From Steroidobacteraceae bacterium (GTDB taxonomy: Bacteria; Pseudomonadota; Gammaproteobacteria; Steroidobacterales; Steroidobacteraceae), in assembly GCA_049521875.1 (NCBI GenBank), contig JBEKOK010000011.1:1-44237 (forward strand): a stretch of 44,237 bases of DNA, read 5' to 3'. A program made the position numbers and the translations under genes. The notes under the pieces were generated by a model, which saw nothing but the letters and a program-made list of their open reading frames with translations, was not told the DNA's origin and did no database searches. Positions 28,110 to 36,714 of this stretch are shown here, piece by piece. How positions within the stretch are numbered: the first letter of the stretch is position 1; the number at the start of each line of letters is the position of its first letter.

Positions 28110-28853
28110 GTGTTGCGTATCGGTTTTGGAAGCCGGGAGCTTCGAGCCCCCTGGTGGTTGGCGCTGCTGACACTGGCCGCCGTGCTGCTGTTCACACAGC
28201 TGGGGCGCTGGCAGCTGCATCGCGCGGCCGAGAAACGCCTGCAACAGAGCGCCTTTGACCTCGGTGCATTGCAGACCACGGATCTGGGACCGCGTGCCGT
28301 GGGTGCCGTGCCGCGCTACCAGCAGGTGCGCTTTCGGGGCCACTACGAACCGGCTCATCAGTTCCTGCTCGATAACATGACCGATGCCGGACGCATCGGC
28401 TACCAGGTGCTGAGCCCATTCCGCCTCGATGATGGCCGGCTGCTGCTGGTCAATCGCGGCTGGCTGCCGTTGCCTGCAGGCAGCCGCAATACGCTGCCAG
28501 ACGTGTCGGTTGATGGGGCGCAATCGCAGCGCCTGGTCGGCCGCGTCGATGAACTGCCGGTCACCGGCATTGCCATCGGGCGTGCGCCGCCGGAGGCGGG
28601 AGCTGCATGGCCCAAGCGCACCAGCTTCCCGACCAGCGCCGAGCTGGCCACGGCGCTGGGGGAGCCCATCGAGGCGCGCCAGATCCTGCTCGGCGCCGAT
28701 GAGCCCAACGGATTCGTGCGCCAGTGGAAAAGTGCCAGCGCCCAGTTCCCGCCGCTGCGCCATATCGGCTACGCGATCCAGTGGTGGGCTTTTGCGCTGC
28801 TGGCGCTGGTGCTGTTTGTTGTCCTGAATCTCAAGCCACGGACGCTGCCATGA
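28110..28853 (+). CDS. SURF1-family cytochrome oxidase biogenesis protein
   Basis: Motifs: WWLALLTLAAVLLFTQLGRWQLHRAAEK, GYQVLSPFRLDDGRLLLVNRGWLP and a C-terminal TM (YAIQWWAFALLALVLFVV). I chose the start at the GTG at 28110; the TTG at 28113 or further upstream is possible. Confidence 0.85.
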   Translation: MLRIGFGSRELRAPWWLALLTLAAVLLFTQLGRWQLHRAAEKRLQQSAFDLGALQTTDLGPRAVGAVPRYQQVRFRGHYEPAHQFLLDNMTDAGRIGYQVLSPFRLDDGRLLLVNRGWLPLPAGSRNTLPDVSVDGAQSQRLVGRVDELPVTGIAIGRAPPEAGAAWPKRTSFPTSAELATALGEPIEARQILLGADEPNGFVRQWKSASAQFPPLRHIGYAIQWWAFALLALVLFVVLNLKPRTLP

Positions 28854-29425
28854 ACGACTCGCCACCCGCGCGCCGCGGCTTGCGCGCCCCGTTGGTCTGG
28901 CTCGGCATTGCCTTCGTTGCGCCGCTCGGCTGCGCTTTCTGGCTCTACTATGCTTCGGGCTGGCGGCCGGCCGGCCACACCAATCACGGCCAGCTGATCG
29001 AGCCGGTGCGCGCACTGCCGTTGACCGGGGTGCCCGGTGCCCAGGCCCTCCAGGGCAAGTGGTCGCTGCTCGTGATCGCCATCGGTCCGTGCGAGGCCAG
29101 CTGCCAGAGCGCACTCGTCACGGCACGCCAGACCTGGCTCTCCCTGGGCAAGCTCACCGAGCGGGTCCAGCGCGTGTTGCTCGCTGGCCCGGACTGTTGC
29201 GATGCGGATTACCTGAGCCGGGAGCACCAGGGCCTGATAAGGCTCGATGCCGGCACACCGGAGGCCGCTGCCCTGCTGGGGAGCTTCCCGGCCGAGCGCC
29301 AGAGCCAGATGATTTTCATCGTCGATCCGCTGGGCAATCTGATGATGCGCTACGATTCGCAGGCCAACCCCAAGGGTCTGCGCCAGGATCTGCAGCGGCT
29401 CCTGGATCTCTCACACATCGGCTGA
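28850..29425 (+). CDS. Membrane-anchored thioredoxin-fold/SCO-like protein with a CxxxC motif (uncharacterised oxidase-cluster protein)
   Basis: Its ATG overlaps the SURF1 stop codon (ATGA). It has one N-terminal TM segment. GKWSLLVIAIGPCEASCQSAL aligns by eye with the SCO1/SenC GKWxLxYFGFTHCPDICP region, and MIFIVDPLGNLMMRY resembles the SCO C-terminal strand. The conserved SCO histidine is not evident. Confidence 0.6.
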   Translation: MNDSPPARRGLRAPLVWLGIAFVAPLGCAFWLYYASGWRPAGHTNHGQLIEPVRALPLTGVPGAQALQGKWSLLVIAIGPCEASCQSALVTARQTWLSLGKLTERVQRVLLAGPDCCDADYLSREHQGLIRLDAGTPEAAALLGSFPAERQSQMIFIVDPLGNLMMRYDSQANPKGLRQDLQRLLDLSHIG

Positions 29426-29440
29426 AATCTCCCCGCACCC

Positions 29441-30454
29441 ATGTCACGCACCCTCTGGATCCGCCTGCTCGCGAGCGTTGCGCTGCTGCTGTGCTTTGCG
29501 ATTGTGGTGCTCGGCGCCTACGTGCGTCTTTCCGATGCGGGTTTAGGCTGCCCGGACTGGCCGGGCTGCTACGGACACCTGACGCCCACGGGCGCCCAGC
29601 AGGATCATGCGCTGACCGCCAGCACCGTCGTCGAGGCCGGAAAGGCCTGGCGCGAGATGATTCATCGTTACGCTGTTGGAACATTCACGCTATTAATAGT
29701 CCTTATTGCTGCATTAGGGATACTATGGCGCCGCCAGCTCCCTGTGGGCCCAGGCTACGGCATAGGGCTGCTTGCGCTCGTGATCGTGCAGGCCGTGCTC
29801 GGCATGCTGACCGTCACCTGGCGGCTCAACCCGCTGGTCGTGACGCTGCATCTGCTGCTCGGCATGACGACACTGGCCGCGCTGTGGTGGCTGGTCCTGC
29901 GGCTCGCCGGAAGCCAGAACCGCGTCTGGAAAAACGTCGTGCCGCTGTTCGCAAACGTGATCGAGCGGGCGCGGCTGATGGCCGGGATTGGGCTTGCGGT
30001 CCTCGCGTTGCAGATCGCCCTCGGCGGCTGGACCAGCAGCAACTACGCCGCGACCGCCTGCCCTGATCTGCCAACCTGCCAGAACCAATGGTGGCCACAT
30101 GCGGACTTCCGCGATGCCTTCGTCCCGTGGCGAGGCCTGGGCCAGAATTACCAGGGCGGGGTCCTGGACCTGCCGGCGCGGATTGCCATTCACTTCACGC
30201 ATCGGTTTGGCGCGCTGATCGCGAGCCTGGCGCTGGTAGGCGCCGCGCTGACCGCGCTGCGCTCGCGCGTCCAGCCGGCGGCCCACACCTCGGCGTTCCT
30301 GGTGCTGTGTGCGCTGGCTCTGCAGCTGTGTATCGGCATCGCCATGGTTGCGCGCGGCTTCCCGCTGTGGCTGGCTACAGCGCACAACGCCGGAGCCGCG
30401 CTGCTGCTGCTGGCGACCGTGGCGCTCAACTGCACGCTCAGGCCGGCGCGATGA
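29441..30454 (+). CDS. ctaA: Heme A synthase (COX15/CtaA)
   Basis: 337-aa ORF with 8 TM segments. Motifs: [27 protein letters not shown] and FTHRFGALI (His-containing helices). Confidence 0.9.
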   Translation: MSRTLWIRLLASVALLLCFAIVVLGAYVRLSDAGLGCPDWPGCYGHLTPTGAQQDHALTASTVVEAGKAWREMIHRYAVGTFTLLIVLIAALGILWRRQLPVGPGYGIGLLALVIVQAVLGMLTVTWRLNPLVVTLHLLLGMTTLAALWWLVLRLAGSQNRVWKNVVPLFANVIERARLMAGIGLAVLALQIALGGWTSSNYAATACPDLPTCQNQWWPHADFRDAFVPWRGLGQNYQGGVLDLPARIAIHFTHRFGALIASLALVGAALTALRSRVQPAAHTSAFLVLCALALQLCIGIAMVARGFPLWLATAHNAGAALLLLATVALNCTLRPAR

Positions 30455-31356
30455 ACAGCCAGCCGCAGGCCGAGCCACTGGCGGGCAATCACTGGCGCGA
30501 TTATCTGGAGCTGACCAAGCCCAAGGTGGTCGCACTGATCGTGCTGACCGCCATCGTCGGGACACTGCTGGCATCCCCGGGCCTGCCCCCGCTCCAGGCG
30601 CTGATCTTCGGCAACCTCGGAATCGCCTTGGCAGCGGGCTCGGCCGCCGCGATCAACCATGTGCTGGATCGGCGCATCGATGCACGCATGGCCCGCACCA
30701 AGCGCCGGCCACTGCCGAGCGGCCACCTCGACTACACCCACGCGCTGGCGTTCGCCGTGGTGCTCGGTTGCCTCTCGATGCTGTTGCTGGTGCTGTTCGT
30801 CAATACGCTGACGGCGCTGCTGACCTTTGGCTCATTGATCGGCTATGCGATCGTCTATACGGCCTGGCTCAAGCGCGCGACGCCGCAGAACATCGTTATC
30901 GGAGGTGCCGCTGGTGCCGCGCCGCCGGTGCTCGGATGGGCCGCGGTCACCAATACGATTGATCCGCATGCGCTACTGCTGTTCCTGATCATCTTTGCCT
31001 GGACGCCACCGCACTTCTGGGCGCTGGCGATTGCACGGCGCAATGAATACGCCCGTGCCGACATTCCGATGCTGCCGGTCACGCACGGCGTGGAGTTCAC
31101 GCGCCTGCACGTGATGCTCTACACGGTGATCCTGGTGCTGGTCACGTTGCTGCCATTCCTGACCCACATGTGCGGGCTGATCTACCTGGTGGCGGTGCTG
31201 GCGCTGAATGCCCGCTTCGTGTGGTACTCGGTGATGCTCAAGGTCACGCGGCGCGATGACCTGCCGATGCGCGTGTTCCGCTACTCGATCAGCTACCTGA
31301 TGTGGCTGTTCCTCGCGCTGCTGGTGGATCACTACGTGCCGACGGGGCATCTCTAG
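30451..31356 (+). CDS. ctaB: Protoheme IX farnesyltransferase (heme O synthase)
   Basis: The ATG at 30451 overlaps the ctaA stop codon (ATGA). Motifs: [31 protein letters not shown] and [10 protein letters not shown]. The track ORF from 30088 is an overlap artefact. Confidence 0.93.
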   Translation: MNSQPQAEPLAGNHWRDYLELTKPKVVALIVLTAIVGTLLASPGLPPLQALIFGNLGIALAAGSAAAINHVLDRRIDARMARTKRRPLPSGHLDYTHALAFAVVLGCLSMLLLVLFVNTLTALLTFGSLIGYAIVYTAWLKRATPQNIVIGGAAGAAPPVLGWAAVTNTIDPHALLLFLIIFAWTPPHFWALAIARRNEYARADIPMLPVTHGVEFTRLHVMLYTVILVLVTLLPFLTHMCGLIYLVAVLALNARFVWYSVMLKVTRRDDLPMRVFRYSISYLMWLFLALLVDHYVPTGHL

Positions 31357-31766
31357 AGCCACAGCAGGCGCGGTACGGCATCGGCGCCCACGAAAAGAAC
31401 GGCCTTCTGCCCGAGCGCCCGACCAAGATCCCTGGCAAGCGCTTCCGGGACCCCAAAAAGCAGCATGCCGCGCTCATCTGGCCACAATCCCTTGGGATCC
31501 TGGGCCACCGCCGGCCAGCCTTTGATACCCCAGACACGTAACCGCTGCTGGAAGCGTTTCTCGGCGGCGCGGTTGGCCGCCAGGCTGCGCCGCTGCCCGG
31601 CCGGATTCCAGGCCGTGACCAGCACGCTGCCGGCCTGTCCCCTGTGGCGGAGCCAGAGCGCCAGCGCGGGTGAGCGGCGCCCGATCTCGAGCACAAAAGA
31701 GCCGGCCGGGGACTGGATCCGGTAACGGGTCTGGCCGAAGGCCTGACGCAGGCGCGGTGGAATCAT
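31353..31766 (-). CDS. DUF3293-like protein
   Basis: 137-aa ORF, ...[15 protein letters not shown]...[29 protein letters not shown]...GMLLFG. This pattern matches what I recall for DUF3293. It is convergent with ctaB and shares a CTAG stop-codon overlap with it. Confidence 0.55.
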   Translation of the reverse strand: MIPPRLRQAFGQTRYRIQSPAGSFVLEIGRRSPALALWLRHRGQAGSVLVTAWNPAGQRRSLAANRAAEKRFQQRLRVWGIKGWPAVAQDPKGLWPDERGMLLFGVPEALARDLGRALGQKAVLFVGADAVPRLLWL

Positions 31767-31864
31767 GGCTTGGCTAGCACCCTAGCGGTACGACCGGCGA
31801 TGACACCAAGGTCACCAAGAGCCCCCACTGCGCGGTCACGCCGGAGCAGATCGCCGCCACGGCG

Positions 31865-32659
31865 GTGGAAGCGGCGAAGGCTGGCGCTGCCATCGTTCAT
31901 ATCCACGTGCGTGATCCCGAAACCGGCGCCTTCAGCATGGCGACCAGGCACTACCGCTCCGTGATCGAGCACATCCGCGCCAGCGGCGTCGATGTCATCG
32001 TCAACGTGACCTGCGGCATGGGCGGCTACATCTATGTCGGCGACAACGGCATGGCCGACACGCCGGCACCGGGCACCGACTTCGTCAGCCAGGAAGAACG
32101 CATGCGCCATGTGATCGAGCTGTGCGCCGAAGGCAAGTTCCGGCCCGAGATCGCGACGCTCGACTGCGGCAGCCTCAATTTCGGCGATGGCAACCGCGCC
32201 TATGTCTCCACTCCCAACTATCTGCGCAAGGGCACGGCGATCCTGCGGGACCTGGGCGTCAAGCCGGAACTGGAAATCTTCGACACCGGCAACCTCTGGT
32301 TCGTGCGGCAACTGATCAAGGAAGGACTGATCGATGACCCGGCGATGATCCAGCTGTGCTGTGGCATTCCCTGGGGCGTGCCTGCCGACACCGGTCACTT
32401 GCTGGCGATGGTCAACACGATGCCCGCCAACGCCATCTGGACTTCCTTCGCGATCAGCCGCATGCAGATGCCCTGGGTCGCACAGTCAATCCTGCTCGGC
32501 GGCAACGTGCGCGTGGGTCTCGAGGACAACCTGTACCTGAGCCGCGGCGTGTACGCGAGCAACGCCCAGCTGGTCACGCGCGCCCGCACCATCATCGAGG
32601 CCATGGGTGCCAAGATAGCCTCACCGGCCGAGGCTCGCGAACGCCTGAAGCTGCGCTGA
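31865..32659 (+). CDS. Beta-keto acid cleavage enzyme (BKACE / 3-keto-5-aminohexanoate cleavage family, dehydrocarnitine-cleavage-like). The 5' end is apparently frameshifted.
   Basis: Motifs: AAKAGAAIVHIHVRD (HxH zinc ligands), VNVTCGMGG, ATLDCGSLNFGD, PELEIFD and VRVGLEDNLY. The family N-terminus is encoded upstream. A TTG at 31770 gives MASTLAV in another frame, and TTGDDTKVTKSPHCAVTPEQIA is in the main frame but has no start codon. The coordinates given are the longest intact ORF (GTG at 31865). Confidence 0.8.
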   Translation: MEAAKAGAAIVHIHVRDPETGAFSMATRHYRSVIEHIRASGVDVIVNVTCGMGGYIYVGDNGMADTPAPGTDFVSQEERMRHVIELCAEGKFRPEIATLDCGSLNFGDGNRAYVSTPNYLRKGTAILRDLGVKPELEIFDTGNLWFVRQLIKEGLIDDPAMIQLCCGIPWGVPADTGHLLAMVNTMPANAIWTSFAISRMQMPWVAQSILLGGNVRVGLEDNLYLSRGVYASNAQLVTRARTIIEAMGAKIASPAEARERLKLR

Positions 32660-32686
32660 AGCTGCAATTCACGGTACGCTGCAGTC

Positions 32687-33166
32687 ATGGCAGGCGTGAA
32701 GATCTACGACACCGCAGTGTCGCCGCAGTGGATTGACTACAACGGTCATCTGCGCGATGGCTACTACACCGTCATCTTCAGCAGCGCCGTCGATGCGCTG
32801 ATGGATCGCGTGGGTCTCGATGAGAGCTATCGCAAAGCGACCGGCTGCACGCTCTACACGCTCGAGATGCACCTGCACTTCCTGCATGAGGTCAAGCAGA
32901 GCGACGCGCTTGATGTGCAGGTGCGTATCCTCGCCGCTGATCGCAAGCGCATCCATGCCGCACTTGAGATGTACACCGCACGTTTTTCTGATCCGGTAGC
33001 CAGCTGCGAATTCATGCTGCTGCATGTCTGCCAGAATCCAGAGCCGCGGGCCGTGGCGTTTCCGCCCGAGATCGCGGCGGCCATCGAGCAGCTGCGCGCG
33101 ATGAGCGCGCCGCTGCCCGTGGCCGCTCCGGGCTCGCGCGCAATCGAGCTGCGGAGTCGTCCCTGA
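32687..33166 (+). CDS. Hotdog-fold acyl-CoA thioesterase (4HBT/YbgC-like, betainyl-/carnitinyl-CoA thioesterase candidate)
   Basis: 159-aa ORF. The N-terminal VSPQWIDYNGHLRDGYY matches the DxNGHVxN catalytic pattern of 4HBT-type thioesterases. Confidence 0.7.
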   Translation: MAGVKIYDTAVSPQWIDYNGHLRDGYYTVIFSSAVDALMDRVGLDESYRKATGCTLYTLEMHLHFLHEVKQSDALDVQVRILAADRKRIHAALEMYTARFSDPVASCEFMLLHVCQNPEPRAVAFPPEIAAAIEQLRAMSAPLPVAAPGSRAIELRSRP

Positions 33167-33167
33167 C

Positions 33168-35225
33168 ATGGACCGGCGGCTCGAGCGGCTGCTCAGGCCG
33201 CGTAGCATCGCGCTGATCGGCGGCACGTGGTGCGATCCGGTCGCCGCCGGCAGCCGCGCCATCGGCTATCAGGGCGAGGTGTGGCGCGTGCACCCGAGCC
33301 GCCCCGACACCGCCAGCACCCGCTACTACCGCAGTGTCGCGGAGCTGCCCGGCGCGCCGGATGCGGCGTTCATCGCGGCGCCCAAGGCCGAGGCGGTCAG
33401 CAGCGCGGCGGCCTTGAGCGCGCGCGGCGTCGGCGGCTTCGTCTGCTTCGCCTCGGGCTTTTCGGAAACCGGCACGCCAGCAGGCGCCGCGCTGACGGCC
33501 GAGCTCGAGGCCCAGACCGGTGAGGTGCCGTTCATCGGCCCCAATTGCTACGGCTTCGTCAATTTCTTCGACCGGGTCGCGCTCTGGCCCGACCAGGTGG
33601 TGGGCGAGAGCCCGGAGCGCGGCGTCGCGCTGATCTGCCAGAGCGGCACGATTGCGCTGACGCTGATGTTCAACGACCGCTCCCTCCCGATCGGCTACCT
33701 GTTCACCGTCGGTAACCAGACGCGACTCGCGGTCGAGGATCTGATCGAGATGCTCGTCGATGAGGATCGGGTCAGCGCCTTTGGCGTCTACGTCGAGGGG
33801 ATAAAGAATCCCAAGCGTTTCGCGCGGGCCGCGGCCCGCGCGCGCGCCGCTGGCAAGCCGATCGCGCTGATCAAGAGCGGTCGCACTGCCGCCGCGGCAC
33901 GCACTGCGCAGAGTCATACCGGCGCGCTCGCCGGCGCCGACTCGGTATTTGATGCTTTCTGCCGCCAGGCCGGCATCGCACGCTGCGATACGCTGGCCAC
34001 GCTGTGCGAGACGCTCAAGCTCATGCATTGCGGTGGACCGCTCAACGGCCGGCGCGTGCTCGTCATGGGCGCCTCGGGTGGCGACATGGCGATGACGGCG
34101 GATCTGGCCCAGCCGCTGAACTTAAGCTTCCCGGCGGTGCCGCCGGCAACGGCGCGGGAACTGGCGGGCATCGTTGGTGAACGGGTCACGATTGCCAACC
34201 CGTTTGATTTCCATACCTACATTTGGTTTGCCCGCCCGGCGATGCGCGCGATGTTCAGCTCGGTGCTGCGCGCCGGCTACGATGCGGTCGGGTTCATGCT
34301 CGACAATCCGCCTGAGCAGAAGGCGGATGTCGCGGCGTTCATGGGCGCGATCGAGGAATTCATCGGCGCAGCACAGGGAACCCCCACGCGCGCCGCGCTG
34401 ATCGCCTCGCTGCCAGAAACCATCTCGCCCGGAACGCGCAAGCTGTGCCTCGAAGCCGGCGTCGTGCCGCTGCAGGGCCAGCGCGAGGCGCTCGAAGCCT
34501 TGAGCCTCGCCGGTGCGGCGGGCGAGCGCTGGCAGCAAGGCGCAGCCGTCGAGCTCGCGATTCCGAAAAGCACCGGCAAAAGCGCGGTACGCACGCTCAG
34601 TGAACCCGAAGGCAAGGCGGCACTGGCGGCATTTGGCGTCCGTGTCCCCGAGTCGCGCACGGTGCCGGTCGCGGCGGCGGCCGACACCGCGCAGGCAATG
34701 GGTTTTCCAGTCGTGCTCAAGGCGGTGAGCGGGCAGCTGGCGCACAAGTCCGATGCCGGTGGCGTCATCCTGAACGTGCGTGACAAGGCGCAGGCCGCCG
34801 CTGCTGCAAGTCACCTCGCTGCGCTTTCGGATACCGTGCTTGTCGAACAGATGATCGATGATGGCGTGATGGAAGTGCTGGTCGGCGCCGTGATCGATCC
34901 GCAGTTCGGACTGACGCTGGTGCTCGGCGCCGGTGGCGTGCTGACCGAGCTGCTCAGGGACAGCGTGACGCTGCTGCCCCCCTACACGGCAGCCTCTGTG
35001 GGCGCTGCGCTCGCGCAGCTCCATAGCGCGCCACTGTTGCAGGGATTTCGAGGCCGCGCGCAGGCCGATGTCGCGGCACTTACGGAGTTGATCCTGTCCG
35101 TGGCGCGCTATGCGAATGCAAACCTGGGCTCGCTGCTAGAACTGGACGTGAACCCGGTGATCGTGCGGCCCGCGGGCCGCGGGGCCGTGGCCGTTGATGC
35201 ATTGATCAGAATTTCTGGAGAATAA
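33168..35225 (+). CDS. NDP-forming acyl-CoA synthetase (acetate--CoA ligase [ADP-forming] family; fused CoA-binding, ligase and ATP-grasp domains)
   Basis: 685-aa ORF. It has an N-terminal CoA-binding fold (PRSIALIGG), a SHTGALAG phosphohistidine loop and a C-terminal ATP-grasp (FPVVLKAVS...HKSDAGGVILNV). Confidence 0.8.
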   Translation: MDRRLERLLRPRSIALIGGTWCDPVAAGSRAIGYQGEVWRVHPSRPDTASTRYYRSVAELPGAPDAAFIAAPKAEAVSSAAALSARGVGGFVCFASGFSETGTPAGAALTAELEAQTGEVPFIGPNCYGFVNFFDRVALWPDQVVGESPERGVALICQSGTIALTLMFNDRSLPIGYLFTVGNQTRLAVEDLIEMLVDEDRVSAFGVYVEGIKNPKRFARAAARARAAGKPIALIKSGRTAAAARTAQSHTGALAGADSVFDAFCRQAGIARCDTLATLCETLKLMHCGGPLNGRRVLVMGASGGDMAMTADLAQPLNLSFPAVPPATARELAGIVGERVTIANPFDFHTYIWFARPAMRAMFSSVLRAGYDAVGFMLDNPPEQKADVAAFMGAIEEFIGAAQGTPTRAALIASLPETISPGTRKLCLEAGVVPLQGQREALEALSLAGAAGERWQQGAAVELAIPKSTGKSAVRTLSEPEGKAALAAFGVRVPESRTVPVAAAADTAQAMGFPVVLKAVSGQLAHKSDAGGVILNVRDKAQAAAAASHLAALSDTVLVEQMIDDGVMEVLVGAVIDPQFGLTLVLGAGGVLTELLRDSVTLLPPYTAASVGAALAQLHSAPLLQGFRGRAQADVAALTELILSVARYANANLGSLLELDVNPVIVRPAGRGAVAVDALIRISGE

Positions 35226-35227
35226 TC

Positions 35228-36004
35228 ATGTCAGAGTCCGTAAAGCTCAGCCGTAACGAGGGCGTCCTCGAGATCCTGATTGATCGGCCCAAGGCCAACG
35301 CGATCGACCTCGCCACCAGCCGGCGGCTGAATGAGGTCGTCACGGAATTTCGTAACGATCCGGCGCTGCGCGTTGCGATCATCACCGGCGCCGGCGAGAA
35401 GTTCTTTTCCGCCGGTTGGGATCTCAAGGCTGCGGCCGGCGGCGAGGCCTCAGATGCCGACTGGGGCGTGGGCGGATTTGCTGGCCTCAACTATCCGCGC
35501 AATCTCGACAAGCCAGTTATCGCCGCGGTCAATGGCATCGCCTGCGGCGGCGGCTTCGAGATAGTGCTCGGCACCGACATCATCGTGATGGAGGAGCATG
35601 CACAATTCTCGCTGCCCGAGATCAAGGTGGCGATTCTGCCCGATGCCGGTGTCATCAAGCTGCGCCGGCGCATTCCCTACCATGTCGCAGTCGAGTTCCT
35701 GATGACTGGCCGCTGGATGGATGCGACCGAGGCCAAGCACTGGGGGCTGGCGAACCACGTCGTGCCGCGTGGTATGGCGCTGGCTAAGGCGCGCGAGATC
35801 GCCAGAATGCTCGCCGACGGGCCGCCGCTGCTGTTCCCTGCGATCAAGCAGCTCTTGCGGCACAGCGAGATGGTGCCGGAGAACCAGGCCTTTGAGTTGC
35901 ACGATGCACTCGATGCCGTGCAACGCGTGATCCGCTCGGACGACTTGAAAGAGGGCGCCCGGGCGTTCAGCGAAAAGCGTTCACCCAAGTGGACCGGACG
36001 CTAG
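35228..36004 (+). CDS. caiD: Crotonase-family carnitinyl-CoA dehydratase / crotonobetainyl-CoA hydratase-like enzyme
   Basis: 258-aa ORF. Long stretches match E. coli CaiD as I recall it: MSES...RPKANAID, LRVAIITGAGEKFFSAGWDLKAAA, DKPVIAAVNG and a C-terminal FxEKRxPxWxGR. Confidence 0.7.
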   Translation: MSESVKLSRNEGVLEILIDRPKANAIDLATSRRLNEVVTEFRNDPALRVAIITGAGEKFFSAGWDLKAAAGGEASDADWGVGGFAGLNYPRNLDKPVIAAVNGIACGGGFEIVLGTDIIVMEEHAQFSLPEIKVAILPDAGVIKLRRRIPYHVAVEFLMTGRWMDATEAKHWGLANHVVPRGMALAKAREIARMLADGPPLLFPAIKQLLRHSEMVPENQAFELHDALDAVQRVIRSDDLKEGARAFSEKRSPKWTGR

Positions 36005-36079
36005 AGCTACTTTCGCAATTCAGGTCAGCCAACGAGCATTCAAAGTGGGCGGCTCATCGGGCTTGCAGTAAGCTCGAAT

Positions 36080-36571
36080 TCAATTCTTGGCCGGTGCGGG
36101 CTGATCGGCGCTCTTGCGATGCGGTATGGGCTTTCCAGCGGCCTGCAGCAGTTGGTCTTCCTCGTCCGCAGTCAGCTTGTGAACCGCAACGATCGGCACC
36201 TGCGAGGGTTCGCTGCCAGGGACTTGCAGATAGTCGTTGCCATTATTGCAGATCTGGCCCGTGCGCTCCCGGTCTTCGAAACCGAGGGCCTGCTTGAAGC
36301 TGAGGCTAAAGACCGGCTCGAACAACTTGATCGCATACGCGTCTTTCGACAGCGGCGCATGGACGATCAGCGTCGAGTCATTCAAAACGGTCCAGTCTCC
36401 CTGAAAGCTCGACTTCCAAAAGCAGGCCGCTTTTCCCGGAAGGTTCTCGACCTTGGTCAGATTATCCAGAATCGTTGTGGACGACGATGGCTGGGCGGTT
36501 GTTGCGCAGCCGACGGCGATTACAGCCAGCATGCCTACGGCGGCGCTGCTCACTAGCCGATAGATTCGCAC
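36080..36571 (-). CDS. Putative lipoprotein (DUF6491-like)
   Basis: 163-aa ORF with a signal peptide and lipobox (LAVIAVGC). The pattern C..W......W.VL.D.TLIV......Y.I.L.......LGF......G.IC is reminiscent of DUF6491. Confidence 0.55.
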   Translation of the reverse strand: MRIYRLVSSAAVGMLAVIAVGCATTAQPSSSTTILDNLTKVENLPGKAACFWKSSFQGDWTVLNDSTLIVHAPLSKDAYAIKLFEPVFSLSFKQALGFEDRERTGQICNNGNDYLQVPGSEPSQVPIVAVHKLTADEEDQLLQAAGKPIPHRKSADQPAPAKN

Positions 36572-36714
36572 GGTGCACCTCGGTGGAGCTGTCTACAGGA
36601 GGCAATGGCGTGACCCCAAGTCCCGCCAAACCACGTCTCTGTGGCCGGATGCGAGTTTAACCGTTTCCGCTGTGTCGCGGCGCAGCGCAGGCGCGCAAGC
36701 TAAGATGGCAGGCG

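Noticed and set aside
27919-28173. Long form (155 aa) of the DUF2909 ORF, and the 27978 start for SURF1
   Set aside because: The extensions are Pro/Arg/Ala-rich with no TM or family features. Internal GTG starts (27918 with an AGGAA ribosome-binding site, and 28110) give proteins of family-typical size.
30088-30450. 121-aa N-terminal extension of the ctaB ORF
   Set aside because: It lies entirely within ctaA in another frame. The ATG at 30451 overlaps the ctaA stop codon and yields a canonical heme O synthase N-terminus.
36005-36080. Possible genomic-island boundary or attachment site at the G+C step
   Set aside because: I could find no tRNA, integrase, IS end or direct repeat at or near the boundary. 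Only the compositional observation is reported.
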